Assembly: GCA_004282895.1 (NCBI GenBank)
Contig: SHLQ01000002.1
Location: forward strand, 1 to 51,910
Direction: 5' to 3'
Source of the DNA: Acidimicrobiales bacterium
GTDB taxonomy: Bacteria; Actinomycetota; Acidimicrobiia; Acidimicrobiales; SHLQ01
DNA: 51,910 bases
The notes below the pieces were generated by a model. It was not told the origin of the DNA. It made no database searches and was given only the letters and a program-made list of their open reading frames with translations. Both the position numbers and the translations under genes were made by a program. This document shows, in pieces, positions 26,116-35,407 of this stretch. Within the stretch, counting starts at the first letter, position 1. Each line of letters starts with the position of its first letter.

Positions 26116-26535
26116 TCAGAGCTTGTCGACCACGAACCGCGCCAGGTCTGTCGTCGTAACGATCCCCGCAAGGCCGCCGTCGGCGTCGATGATGACGATC
26201 GAGTGGAACCCGCCTTCGGCGAGAATCTCGGCGGCGTCTTTGGCGGTCGCTTCGACCCCGAGCGTGCGTACGGTTTCGGTCATGGCATCGGCGATGTTGA
26301 ACTGATGATCGAGGTACGTCGCGAGTGATTGTTCGGCCAAGCCGTCTGCGTCATAAGCAAGACGAAGGATGTCTGTGGTCGCGAGCATGCCCACCACATC
26401 ATCCCCATCGAGAACGATCAGATGGTGGAAGGCGGCGTGTTTGAGGGTGTGATACGCCTCGGACAGATTCTGTGAGCGCTCGATCGTCCTTGGATCGGCG
26501 GTCATGATGTCGGTGATGGGTGTTGGAGTGGCCAT
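26116..26535 (-). CDS. CBS-pair domain protein
   Basis: 139 aa. Two CBS-like repeats: ITDIMTADPRTI...HHLIVLDGDDVVGMLATTDILR and ...IADAMTETVRTL...HSIVIIDADGGLAGIVTTTDL. Confidence 0.8.
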   Translation of the reverse strand: MATPTPITDIMTADPRTIERSQNLSEAYHTLKHAAFHHLIVLDGDDVVGMLATTDILRLAYDADGLAEQSLATYLDHQFNIADAMTETVRTLGVEATAKDAAEILAEGGFHSIVIIDADGGLAGIVTTTDLARFVVDKL

Positions 26536-26598
26536 ACCTCCAACCTAGGAAGCATCGGCTCGTCCCATTAGGGGCCAAAGGCCCGATCCCCCACCTCG

Positions 26599-28362
26599 TT
26601 GGCTATCGTCCAAGCAGTGAAGCTTCTGCGACAACTGTGGCCGTGGGTCCGGCCGTACCGGCGGTATCTCATCGTCGGCGGGTCACTGTCGATCCTGTCC
26701 GTTCTGATCAATCTGTCGGTTCCGATTCTCACGTCGCGGATCATTGACGACGGTATCGGCGCCGACGACACCAGTTTTGTTGTTCGAACCGCGGTGGTGA
26801 TGGTGGGCTTGATCGTGTTTGGCATGTTGTCATCGGCCGCGGGCAGTGTCATGGGGGTCACGCTCGCTTTTCACACGGTCACGGACATGCGCCGGGACGT
26901 CTACAACAAGGTGCAACACCTGTCATTCGGCAATCTCGATCGGCTGACTTCGGGCGAGCTCCTGACGAGGTTGACGAGCGATATCACCAAGGTCACGCAG
27001 CTGATCGGCATGGCGGTGTCGTTCGCCATCCAGATTCCGATCAGCTTCATCGGGGCGTTGGCGGCGATCGTCCTGATTGATGTCTCACTCGTACCGATCG
27101 TGTTCGTGATGCTTCCGGTGATCGGCGTGATCGTCTGGTACGTAATCATTCGGTCGAACATCTTGTATGACCTCGTACAGAGCCGAATCGACCGCCTCAA
27201 CACGGTGCTGCAGGAGAACATCCAGGGAGCGGAGGTCATCAAGGCCTTCGTTCGCCAGGACTACGAGGTGGAGCGTTTCGATGAGGCGGCGTCCGACTTG
27301 GCCACCGATGCTACGACCGTCAACCAGCTCGTGGCGTCACTCTTCCCGACACTCATCTTGGTTTCGTCGCTCGGGATTTCTGCCGTCCTGTGGATCGGCG
27401 GAGGGAACGTGATCGATGGGGATCTGACCCAGGGTGAGCTGGTCGCGTTCATCCAGTTCATGGCGTTCGTGGTGATGCCCATGATGTTCTTCGCGTTTCT
27501 CCAACCGATGATCTCGGCGGCATCGGCGTCCATGGCGCGCATCGGCGAAGTCATCGATGAAGCACCCGATGTTGTCCCAGCAGCCGAGGGAGCGGAACTC
27601 TCCCACGATGCGCCAGCCGATATTGAGTTCGACCATGTCAGCTTCCAATACAACAACGAGGCAGAGCTCGGCACGGACTGTGCGCTGCGCGACGTCACGC
27701 TGCGGATCGAGGGCGGGACGAAGGTTGCGATCCTCGGCGCGACCGGTTCGGGTAAGTCGTCACTGGTGAACTTGATCCCACGTTTCTACGACACAACCTC
27801 CGGGACCGTTCGGGTGGGTGGGGTTGATGTGCGGAAGCTGTCAAAGAGCTCGCTCCGTCGGTTTGTTGGTATCGCGTTGCAGCAGCCGTACCTCTTCAGC
27901 GGAACCGTGGCGGAGACGCTCCGCTTTGCCCGACCCGACGCCACCGATGCGGAGATCATCGCCGCCGCAAAGGACGCGCAGGCTCACAGCTTCATCATGG
28001 AGATGCCGGACGGCTATGAGTCGAAGGTCGAACAAGGTGGCTCGAACCTGTCCGGAGGTCAGCGCCAGCGGTTGACCATTGCCCGAACGTTGTTGGTGAA
28101 TCCACGGGTGTTGATCTTTGACGATTCAACGAGCGCGGTGGACTTGGAGACCGAGGCCAACATCCAGGAAGTCTTCGAGTCCCTCGATGGTGTGACTGTC
28201 ATCCTGGTCGCCCAGCGAATCAGCACGGCCCTGGGCGCTGACGAGATCATTGTCCTTGACGACGGTCACGTCGCGGCCCACGGTACCCACGAACGGTTGT
28301 TGGCGGAGTCGGAGATCTATCAGGAGATCTACCAGTCACAGCTTGGGGAGCCGGTGGGATGA
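26599..28362 (+). CDS. ABC exporter, fused permease/ATPase (type I exporter half-transporter A)
   Basis: Six-TM domain, then Walker A GATGSGKSS, signature LSGGQRQR and Walker B LIFDDSTSAVD. TTG start at 26599 (GTG alternative 15 nt downstream). Confidence 0.85.
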   Translation: MAIVQAVKLLRQLWPWVRPYRRYLIVGGSLSILSVLINLSVPILTSRIIDDGIGADDTSFVVRTAVVMVGLIVFGMLSSAAGSVMGVTLAFHTVTDMRRDVYNKVQHLSFGNLDRLTSGELLTRLTSDITKVTQLIGMAVSFAIQIPISFIGALAAIVLIDVSLVPIVFVMLPVIGVIVWYVIIRSNILYDLVQSRIDRLNTVLQENIQGAEVIKAFVRQDYEVERFDEAASDLATDATTVNQLVASLFPTLILVSSLGISAVLWIGGGNVIDGDLTQGELVAFIQFMAFVVMPMMFFAFLQPMISAASASMARIGEVIDEAPDVVPAAEGAELSHDAPADIEFDHVSFQYNNEAELGTDCALRDVTLRIEGGTKVAILGATGSGKSSLVNLIPRFYDTTSGTVRVGGVDVRKLSKSSLRRFVGIALQQPYLFSGTVAETLRFARPDATDAEIIAAAKDAQAHSFIMEMPDGYESKVEQGGSNLSGGQRQRLTIARTLLVNPRVLIFDDSTSAVDLETEANIQEVFESLDGVTVILVAQRISTALGADEIIVLDDGHVAAHGTHERLLAESEIYQEIYQSQLGEPVG

Positions 28363-30197
28363 CCACCGCGCAAAGCCAACGCGGCAGCTCCGACCTGGCA
28401 ACCCGCCGTGGGCCAGGCGGTGGACCAGCCCAAGGCACGGTTTCACGCGACGAGAACTCAGGTCGCACCTTCCGCCGAATTACCAGCTACCTTCGGCCAT
28501 GGCGGTTCGCAGTCGTCGTCGCCGCCGTGCTCGTTGTGGTCTCGGCGGTTACCGCATTGCTGGGACCATGGCTTCAGGGTCTGGCGATTGATGAGTACAT
28601 CTCGACCAACGATCGCAGCGGGTTGCGGCGGATCGTGGGCCTGCTCGTCTTCGTCTACCTGACGTCCTATGTGACGGCGCTGATATACGCCCGCCTGATC
28701 GCGCGGATCGCACAACGGGTCATGTACAAGATGCGCCAACAGCTGGCCCGAAAGCTGCAGGGCTTGTCGATCCGGTTCTTCGACCGGAACCGCACGGGTG
28801 ACCTGATGAGTCGGGTCACCAACGATGTCGATGCGGTCGAGCAGCTGCTGAGTCAGAACCTGCTGACGATCTTCTGGGCGTGCGTTCAGATCGTGTCGCT
28901 GCTCGTCATCATGGTGGTGCTCGATTGGCGAATGACGCTTGCCGTGTTATTGCCGGTGCCGATCTCGATGGGAATCGTGCAGAAGCTCGGCACCCTGTCG
29001 GGCCCGCGGTTTGGTGCCTACCAGCGGTCGATCGGTCAGCTGAACGCCACGGCCGAAGAACGCCTGAGCGGACAACGAGCGGTTATCGCGCTCGATCGTC
29101 AGGATCACACCGAGGCCGAGTTCGCAGAGGTGAACGAGAAGACCCGCTTCCTCGGGATTCGGGCACAGAGCCTCACGGCCGTGATGATGCCGCTGATGTT
29201 CGGTCTCGGAAACCTCAGCACGGTGTCCGTGGTCGGAGTGGGAGCATGGCTGGCCGTCTCCGAGCGGGGTGTGACAATCGGGCTCATCGCGTCGTTCGTG
29301 ACCTATGCCAGCCGGGTGGGTCAGCCGCTCGGTCGCATCGCGGGCACGGTCACCTCGATCTTCGCGGCGTTGGCTGGCGGCACCAGGGTGTTCGAGCTGC
29401 TGGACGAAGAACCGGATCTGATCGACGCCGAGCAGGCCCCGGACCTGCCGCCGGTGTCCGGTCGGGTTGTGTTTGATCACGTCGACTTCGAATACGTCGA
29501 GGGTCAGCCGGTCCTCAAGGACGTGAGCTTCGTTGCCGAGCCCGGCCAGATGATCGGCCTCGTTGGACCAACCGGTGCCGGCAAATCGACGATCATTAAC
29601 GTCCTGAACCGCTTCTACGACATCAGCGCGGGGTCGGTGACCGTCGATGGTCACGAGATCGCGTCGGTCCGAAAAGACTCGCTGCGTGAACAGCTGGGGA
29701 TTGTGTTGCAGCGGACCTATCTGTTCACGGACACGGTACGAAACAACATCCGGTTCGGCCGACTGGACGCGACCGACGAGGAGATCGAGGCTGCCGCCGC
29801 CCTCGCAAACGCCGACCACTTCATCCGGGCGCTTCCGCACGGGTACGACACGGTCGTGACCGAAGGCGGCAACAACCTGTCGCTGGGCCAGCGTCAGCTG
29901 TTGGCGATCGCCCGCGCGGCGCTGGCTGATCCGGCATTGCTCGTTCTGGATGAGGCGACGAGCTCGGTCGACACCCGAACCGAGCGTGCTTTGCAAGGGG
30001 CGTTGCTCAATCTGATGGACGGTCGCACCAGCTTTGTAATCGCGCACCGCCTGTCGACCGTTCGGGATGCAGACAAGATCCTCGTGATTCAGGATGGGCG
30101 GATCACCGAAACCGGAACCCATGACGAACTCCTCGAGCAGGAGGGTTTCTACCACCAGCTCTACACCGCCCAGTTCCGCGGTCACGATCTTTCGTAA
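28359..30197 (+). CDS. ABC exporter, fused permease/ATPase (half-transporter B; heterodimer partner)
   Basis: ATGA overlap with the upstream gene (28359..28362). Walker A GPTGAGKST, signature LSLGQRQL, Walker B LVLDEATSSVD. Confidence 0.85.
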   Translation: MTTAQSQRGSSDLATRRGPGGGPAQGTVSRDENSGRTFRRITSYLRPWRFAVVVAAVLVVVSAVTALLGPWLQGLAIDEYISTNDRSGLRRIVGLLVFVYLTSYVTALIYARLIARIAQRVMYKMRQQLARKLQGLSIRFFDRNRTGDLMSRVTNDVDAVEQLLSQNLLTIFWACVQIVSLLVIMVVLDWRMTLAVLLPVPISMGIVQKLGTLSGPRFGAYQRSIGQLNATAEERLSGQRAVIALDRQDHTEAEFAEVNEKTRFLGIRAQSLTAVMMPLMFGLGNLSTVSVVGVGAWLAVSERGVTIGLIASFVTYASRVGQPLGRIAGTVTSIFAALAGGTRVFELLDEEPDLIDAEQAPDLPPVSGRVVFDHVDFEYVEGQPVLKDVSFVAEPGQMIGLVGPTGAGKSTIINVLNRFYDISAGSVTVDGHEIASVRKDSLREQLGIVLQRTYLFTDTVRNNIRFGRLDATDEEIEAAAALANADHFIRALPHGYDTVVTEGGNNLSLGQRQLLAIARAALADPALLVLDEATSSVDTRTERALQGALLNLMDGRTSFVIAHRLSTVRDADKILVIQDGRITETGTHDELLEQEGFYHQLYTAQFRGHDLS

Positions 30198-31666
30198 TGA
30201 CAAGAGCAACAGTGCGAGGCGCAGCTGCGATGCTGGCGATCGCTGCTCTGGTCTCGACTCTGCTGACGCTGCAGCAGACCCCCGCCGGAGCGATCGGTGG
30301 CAATCTGTCACCCGCGCTGCATACACGAGTGATGAGCGATGGGCTGACGCTTCCGTGGGACCTCGCGTTCATCGACGATGGTGCCATCCTGTTCACCGAA
30401 CGTCCCGGGCGGCTGAAGGTGCGGTTCCGCGATGGCCGGGTGATGCGAGTGGACGCTGACCTGCGCGACCTGTTCGCACGGGGTGAATCGGGGCTCCTTG
30501 GTCTCGAGCTGCACCCGGACTTTGCGACCAACCGCCGGTTCTACACGTGTCAGGGGCATACCGGTCCGCAGATTCAGGTGATCGGCTGGACGCTCAGTGC
30601 AGATGCCACCTCGGCCACACGATTCGCTGACCCTTTGGTTGGTGGGATCCCGCTGGTGACGGGTCGTCACGGGGGTTGTCGCGTTCGGTTCGGTCCGGAC
30701 GACAACCTGTGGATCGCCACGGGGGATGCGGCGAAGTCATCAACCCCGCAGAGCCTCGCATCGTTGGGGGGCAAGGTGTTGCGAGTCGACCCGGACACCG
30801 GTGCTGGGGTCGCCGACAATCCGTTCGCGAATTCGGCGAACCGCAACGCTCGCCTCATCTACTCCTATGGCCACCGCAACCTCCAGGGATTGGACCTTCG
30901 CCCGGGCACGGATGAGATGTGGACGGTCGAGCACGGCCCGAGCCGCGACGATGAGATCAATCGCATTGTTGCGGGCGGAAACTACGGCTGGGATCCGGGG
31001 CCGGGATACAACGAGGGCGTACCGATGACGGATCTCGCTGCCTTCCCGAATGCCGTCGAGGCGCAGTGGTCCACGGGTAGTCCGACGCTGGCGATGTCCG
31101 GCGGCACCTGGATCACGGGCCGTCATTGGGGTCCGCTGCAGGACACCTTTGCGGTGGCCTCCCTGAAGAACCGGTCCCTTCGGTTTTTCGACTTCACCGC
31201 CGAGGGTGAGTTCCTTGCGATGGAGATCGGTGACGAGTTGTCGGGGACCTTCGGTCGATTGCGGACGCCGGTGATGGCGCCGAACGGATTGTTGTACGTG
31301 ACGACGTCCAACGGGTCGAACGATCGCATCATCGAGATCGCCCCCACGGGAGCGCCGCGTGGATCCTTGGACAGCGTTCGGGCTGTTGACGGTCGGGTTC
31401 GAGCGGCGGGGTGGGCGATCGATCCGAATCGGACCGGCGTCATTCCTGTGCGCGTCGTGATCGACGGTGAATTCCTCACGAAGAAACGCAGTGGCCGACG
31501 TCGGCCTGATGTTGGTCGAGCCTTCCCGGACTACGGCGCTCGACATGGGTTCGTGGCATGGTTCGATGTCCCGAAAGGCACCCATGAGGTGTGTATCGAG
31601 GCGGTGGATGTCGGCAAGCGTCGCCAAGGGCCTGTCCGTCTGGGGTGCCGAACGATCACCGTCTGA
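30197..31666 (+). CDS. Secreted PQQ-dependent sugar dehydrogenase (soluble glucose/sorbosone dehydrogenase family) with an extra C-terminal beta-sandwich-like module
   Basis: TAATG overlap with the ABC gene stop. A signal-like N-terminus is followed by LPWDLAFIDDGAILFTERPGRL, ESGLLGLELHPDF, YSYGHRNLQGL and GGNYGW. The C-terminal roughly 110 aa (GWAIDPN...VRVVIDG...RPDVGRAFPDYGARHGF) is an additional domain. Confidence 0.8.
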   Translation: MTRATVRGAAAMLAIAALVSTLLTLQQTPAGAIGGNLSPALHTRVMSDGLTLPWDLAFIDDGAILFTERPGRLKVRFRDGRVMRVDADLRDLFARGESGLLGLELHPDFATNRRFYTCQGHTGPQIQVIGWTLSADATSATRFADPLVGGIPLVTGRHGGCRVRFGPDDNLWIATGDAAKSSTPQSLASLGGKVLRVDPDTGAGVADNPFANSANRNARLIYSYGHRNLQGLDLRPGTDEMWTVEHGPSRDDEINRIVAGGNYGWDPGPGYNEGVPMTDLAAFPNAVEAQWSTGSPTLAMSGGTWITGRHWGPLQDTFAVASLKNRSLRFFDFTAEGEFLAMEIGDELSGTFGRLRTPVMAPNGLLYVTTSNGSNDRIIEIAPTGAPRGSLDSVRAVDGRVRAAGWAIDPNRTGVIPVRVVIDGEFLTKKRSGRRRPDVGRAFPDYGARHGFVAWFDVPKGTHEVCIEAVDVGKRRQGPVRLGCRTITV

Positions 31667-31698
31667 GCCTGTTGCCCGATCTGATCTAACGTCGACCC

Positions 31699-32520
31699 AT
31701 GTCAGACATCAAGTCGATGGGGTTGTATCGCAACGTCGAACGAATCATGGCTGACCTGCGCGCGTCGGGTTTCGATGGAACATCGCCGTTGACGGTCGAC
31801 GACCTGACGCCCTACGACCAGTACCACTACGAGGGAACCGACGCGGTCGATGATGCGATCGCCTTTCTTGGCGCCAATCCCGCCGCCCACATCCTCGATG
31901 TCGGCTCCGGCCTCGGCGGACCCGCTCGCTACATCGCCGATCGGTCGGGCGCCGCGGTCACGGGGTTGGAGCTCCAGCCGGACCTCAACGAGACGGCTGC
32001 TGCCCTCACGGTGCGCGCCGGACTATCGGCATTGGTCACTCACGTGAATGGTGACGTGCTTGCAGGCGACGCCGGAACAGACCAATTCACCGGTCTTGTG
32101 TCGATGTTGTGTTTCCTCCACATTCCCGACCGAGCGTCGTTGTTCGCCAACTGTGCAAACGCTCTCCAGTCCGGGAGTCGGATCTTCATCGACGACTACT
32201 ACGAACGCGGCGAGCTCACGACCACAGAGTGGGAGCATCTGGCCAACACCGTCTACTGCACCTATCTGCCCGATCAGGCCACGTATGTGAAACAGATGGA
32301 AGCCGCCGGGCTTGTCGACGTTCAGGTCACGGACAAGACGAACGATTGGGCAGATTTTGTCGGAGACCGTCTGGGTCGATTCCGTGAGGCGCGCCCCGAA
32401 CTGATCGCCCGATACGACGAGGCCACCGTCGAATCGCTCGATCACTTCTACGCAACGGTCGTCGACCTGTTTGGCGGCGGCAACCTGGGCGGACTTCGCG
32501 TCACCGCCCGTAGGCCTTAA
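31699..32520 (+). CDS. Class I SAM-dependent methyltransferase (phosphoethanolamine/sarcosine-dimethylglycine N-methyltransferase-like)
   Basis: Motif I ILDVGSGLGGPARYIA plus downstream acidic motif II. The length and the YDQYHYEG N-terminal segment resemble small-molecule N-methyltransferases. Confidence 0.8.
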   Translation: MSDIKSMGLYRNVERIMADLRASGFDGTSPLTVDDLTPYDQYHYEGTDAVDDAIAFLGANPAAHILDVGSGLGGPARYIADRSGAAVTGLELQPDLNETAAALTVRAGLSALVTHVNGDVLAGDAGTDQFTGLVSMLCFLHIPDRASLFANCANALQSGSRIFIDDYYERGELTTTEWEHLANTVYCTYLPDQATYVKQMEAAGLVDVQVTDKTNDWADFVGDRLGRFREARPELIARYDEATVESLDHFYATVVDLFGGGNLGGLRVTARRP

Positions 32521-33086
32521 CGAACGGTCACCCCAGCTGCCCGAAGCTCTTCGATGGCCGCGTCGCCATCGCCGGGCTGCAGGTTGACCGCTGCAGACTG
32601 ATCGGCCAGCACGGTGGTGTCGTACCCATTGGCAACGGCGTCGAGTGCCGTGGCTTTGACGCAGACGTCGAGCGCAAGGCCGACTACGACAACCGAGGTC
32701 GTGCCGTCCGCTCGAAGCAGCGAGTTGAGCTCAGTCGGGACTTCCTCGCCGGTTTCGGGATCGCGCATGGTGAACCCGGAGTACCCATCCTCGCCTCCCA
32801 CACCCTTGCGGACGATCGGCCCGCGAACGTCGAGATCGGGGCGCAGTTCGGCGCCCCAGGTGTCACGCACGCAGTGGATCGGCCACACCCCGCCGAAGTC
32901 GGCGAAGTGGGGCGTCTCCGGCGGATGCCAGTCCTGGGTGTAATAGACGTGGCCGCCCGCCGCCTCCGTTGCTGCGCTCTCGGCGTTGATGGCGGTGGTG
33001 ATGGTGTCGCCGCCGTCGACGAACAGTGATCCGTTGGGATCAGCGAAGTCGTTCTGCATATCGACGATCACGAGTGCAATGCTCAT
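32517..33086 (-). CDS. pncA: Nicotinamidase/pyrazinamidase (isochorismatase family)
   Basis: LVIVDMQNDFADPNGSLFV, YYTQDWHPPETPHF and a catalytic Cys context in VVVGLALDVCV. These are typical PncA motifs. Confidence 0.8.
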   Translation of the reverse strand: MSIALVIVDMQNDFADPNGSLFVDGGDTITTAINAESAATEAAGGHVYYTQDWHPPETPHFADFGGVWPIHCVRDTWGAELRPDLDVRGPIVRKGVGGEDGYSGFTMRDPETGEEVPTELNSLLRADGTTSVVVVGLALDVCVKATALDAVANGYDTTVLADQSAAVNLQPGDGDAAIEELRAAGVTVR

Positions 33087-33121
33087 CGTGCGATCGTAAC
33101 CCCTCAGCGGGGTGGGGGCCG

Positions 33122-33538
33122 CTAGGCCGTTTTGGCGATGAGGACGGCGCAGGGGGCCGAGTGGGCGACGTCTTTGGCGACGCTGCCGAGGACGCTGCTG
33201 AGACCCTGCACGTTCTTGTTGCCAACGACGATGACGTCGGCGTCAACCGTTTTGGCTTCCTTGACCAGCTGCGCGGCTGGCGTGCCTTCCACGACCGCGG
33301 TGCTGACGTCAACGTGGCCCATGTCGCGGGACAATTCGTCGAGCTGACCGTGCGCGATCTCCGCATCGGTCATCACCCGACGGTCGGAACCGGTGCCAAA
33401 GGTGTGAATCTCGTTCTTTCTGATCGCGGTCACGACGTGCATACGTGCACCGAATGCATTCGCCATTTCCCGTGCTTCCTCCACGGCGCGCAGCGCTCGG
33501 TCGGATCCGTCATAACCAACAACTATCTGTTTGTACAT
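33122..33538 (-). CDS. Universal stress protein (UspA family)
   Basis: MYKQIVVGYDGSDRALRAVEEA...VIVVGNKNVQGLSSVLGSVAKDVAHSAPCAVLI. I trimmed the ORF to the ATG at 33538, because the upstream 103 codons are Arg/His-rich junk. Confidence 0.8.
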   Translation of the reverse strand: MYKQIVVGYDGSDRALRAVEEAREMANAFGARMHVVTAIRKNEIHTFGTGSDRRVMTDAEIAHGQLDELSRDMGHVDVSTAVVEGTPAAQLVKEAKTVDADVIVVGNKNVQGLSSVLGSVAKDVAHSAPCAVLIAKTA

Positions 33539-33645
33539 GTCATCAACGCTACGGGTCGTTTGTTTCGTGGTGGTTACCTCAAGGTGAACTGGTTCGTGAC
33601 AGCAGCCACATGTGAATTCACTCAAGTCTGGTTGCCGATTGCGGA

Positions 33646-34083
33646 CTACTGGTTGAGCGAGGATCCGGTTTCGAGGACGGTCTTCATACCGCTGACGATG
33701 AAGGGGATGCCGGCTTGAAAATCGGCGAAGGTGAGGCTGTCGGACATCAAGCCGTAGTACTCGACTCGGATCCGAGTGGCGCCTGCTTTGGTGTCCACCA
33801 GCCACGCCATGCGGGTTGGTCCTTCGGCGTTGAGCTCGGGACTCCAATGGGGCAGGAAGGTCATCTCGACCCGGTTGGGTTCCGCGACGGCGAGCACCTC
33901 TCCGTCCGCTACAACATCACCATCGGCGGAGAGGTAACGCACCGCCGCGCCTGGCACCCAATCGGAATCGACGCGAGTGCCGTAGAAGTACCTCGCCGTC
34001 CGGTCGCCGTTGACGATCGCGTCCCACGCGGCGGCTTCGGTGCAGCGGACGTAGGCCTCGTAGGCGAGCGTGGCTTCAGACAT
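33646..34083 (-). CDS. SRPBCC-superfamily protein (AHSA1/START-like)
   Basis: 145 aa starting from the ATG at 34083, which has GGAGG 7 nt upstream. Composition and length fit the Activator-of-Hsp90-ATPase-like SRPBCC family. Confidence 0.7.
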   Translation of the reverse strand: MSEATLAYEAYVRCTEAAAWDAIVNGDRTARYFYGTRVDSDWVPGAAVRYLSADGDVVADGEVLAVAEPNRVEMTFLPHWSPELNAEGPTRMAWLVDTKAGATRIRVEYYGLMSDSLTFADFQAGIPFIVSGMKTVLETGSSLNQ

Positions 34084-34211
34084 GACGGTGCCTCCGTTGG
34101 TGTGCTCCATACGACTCTCGCGCCGTGCGCCACCACAGGCAAGAGCGTTGCGGCCGCGAAAGTGACGTTTTGACCTACCGTCCAAGCCCGTCCTGGCGAA
34201 GTGTGGTTCGT

Positions 34212-34925
34212 ATGAGAGTCATCATCTTGCTTCTAGTGGTTGTGTTCAGCCTCACGGTGGCGTGTTCCGACGGGGACGACCTTGTTGTTACCGACGCCGA
34301 TTCAACGTCCGAGTTGCTCGTATCTGCCGGCGACCAGTTCGAAGTTCGTCTCGAATCGAATCCCGGCACCGGTTATGCGTGGGGGGTGTCCGAAATGACG
34401 ACACCGCTCGTGGTCGAACTGCAGTCACAGGACTTTGTTGCGCCTGCCGACGGCGAAGCGGTCGGCGCGCCGGGAACGGACGTCTTCGTCTTTGAGGTCG
34501 CGGATTCGGGTGCGGGCATACTGCGCCTCGAGTATCTGCGGTCATTCGACGACCCGCCGGTGCCGGAACGAGTCGTCGAGTACATCATCCGCATCGATGA
34601 GGCGCCGTGGCCGCCCGCTCGGGACGATTCCCAGCCGCCATCGACCGCGTCGGCGACCGCCCCGGTTCAGGTGAGCGACTTGTTCAACGGCGACGGTGCC
34701 CGGGACGCCACCGTGCGCGGGTTCGTGGTGTGGGATGAGAACCAGGCCAGGTTGTGCGAGGTTCTGATGGAGTCCTTCCCCCCACAATGTGGTGGAGAGG
34801 CGGTCGTGATTTCGAATCCCGAGCAGCTCGATGTCGAGCTCGAGACCGAAGGTGCAGTTCGGTGGACCCAAGGCTTCGTTGAGATAGCCGGATCCTTCGA
34901 TGGTGAGGTCTTCGTCGTCGAGTAG
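34212..34925 (+). CDS. Exported chagasin-family (I42) cysteine-peptidase inhibitor fused to a C-terminal domain of unknown function
   Basis: Signal MRVIILLLVVVFSLTVAC. The I42 hallmark is LESNPGTGYAWGV, plus the beta-sandwich segment up to LRLEYLRSFD. A Pro/Ser linker and about 95 further residues with a CxxxxxxxxxC pair follow. Confidence 0.7.
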   Translation: MRVIILLLVVVFSLTVACSDGDDLVVTDADSTSELLVSAGDQFEVRLESNPGTGYAWGVSEMTTPLVVELQSQDFVAPADGEAVGAPGTDVFVFEVADSGAGILRLEYLRSFDDPPVPERVVEYIIRIDEAPWPPARDDSQPPSTASATAPVQVSDLFNGDGARDATVRGFVVWDENQARLCEVLMESFPPQCGGEAVVISNPEQLDVELETEGAVRWTQGFVEIAGSFDGEVFVVE

Positions 34926-34948
34926 TCGTACAGCACCGTCCGCCTCCA

Positions 34949-35407
34949 GTGGCAGATAGCATTTTCTTCGTGATCAGAACCCATCAAGAGACCTTCGACG
35001 ACTTCATCAACGGCCGCCTGACCAAGGGTGAATGGACGCACGAGGCGCACCTCGTGACCTGCTGGATGACGCTTCGGGACCGCACACCGGCGGAGGCCTT
35101 GCCATTCCTGCGGCACTCAATCAAGACGCACAATTGTGGCGTTGGCACCGCGAACACGGCCTACAGCGGGTACCACGAGACCTTGACCGTGTACTACATC
35201 GCTGCGGTCGCCGAGGCCGACGCGGCCAACCCGGAGGAGTTGTTCTACGAACCGTCGTGTGGCCGCAAGGCAGCGCTGAACCACTGGAAGAAAGAGACGT
35301 TGTTCACTCCGGAGGCTCGACAGGGCTGGGTCGAACCCGATGTTGCGCCGTTACCGTGGTCGGTGGCCTTCGCCGACTCGGTGAGGTTGGTCACGCCCGA
35401 AACATGA
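34949..35407 (+). CDS. Hypothetical protein
   Basis: Coding-like codon bias. The start is uncertain (GTG 34949 or 34970). I recognise no family. The 3' end overlaps the convergent AlkB-like gene by 17 nt. Confidence 0.5.
   Translation: MADSIFFVIRTHQETFDDFINGRLTKGEWTHEAHLVTCWMTLRDRTPAEALPFLRHSIKTHNCGVGTANTAYSGYHETLTVYYIAAVAEADAANPEELFYEPSCGRKAALNHWKKETLFTPEARQGWVEPDVAPLPWSVAFADSVRLVTPET

Noticed and set aside
33607-33621. Overlapping small palindromes CACATGTG and GTGAATTCAC upstream of the universal stress protein gene.
   Set aside because: They are short (8-10 nt), I recognise no regulator motif (not a DosR-type box), and chance cannot be excluded. They are noted only as something to recheck if a regulon motif emerges.
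33539-33847. A 103-codon N-terminal extension of the universal stress protein ORF (33122..33847), and similar upstream extensions of 33646..34185, 34125..34925, 18732..19829, 12577..13380 and 6486..7877.
   Set aside because: The extensions are Arg-rich and lack coding character. Internal ATG or GTG codons give proteins that begin where the family domain or signal peptide begins. Several of these internal starts have an SD-like GGAGG.
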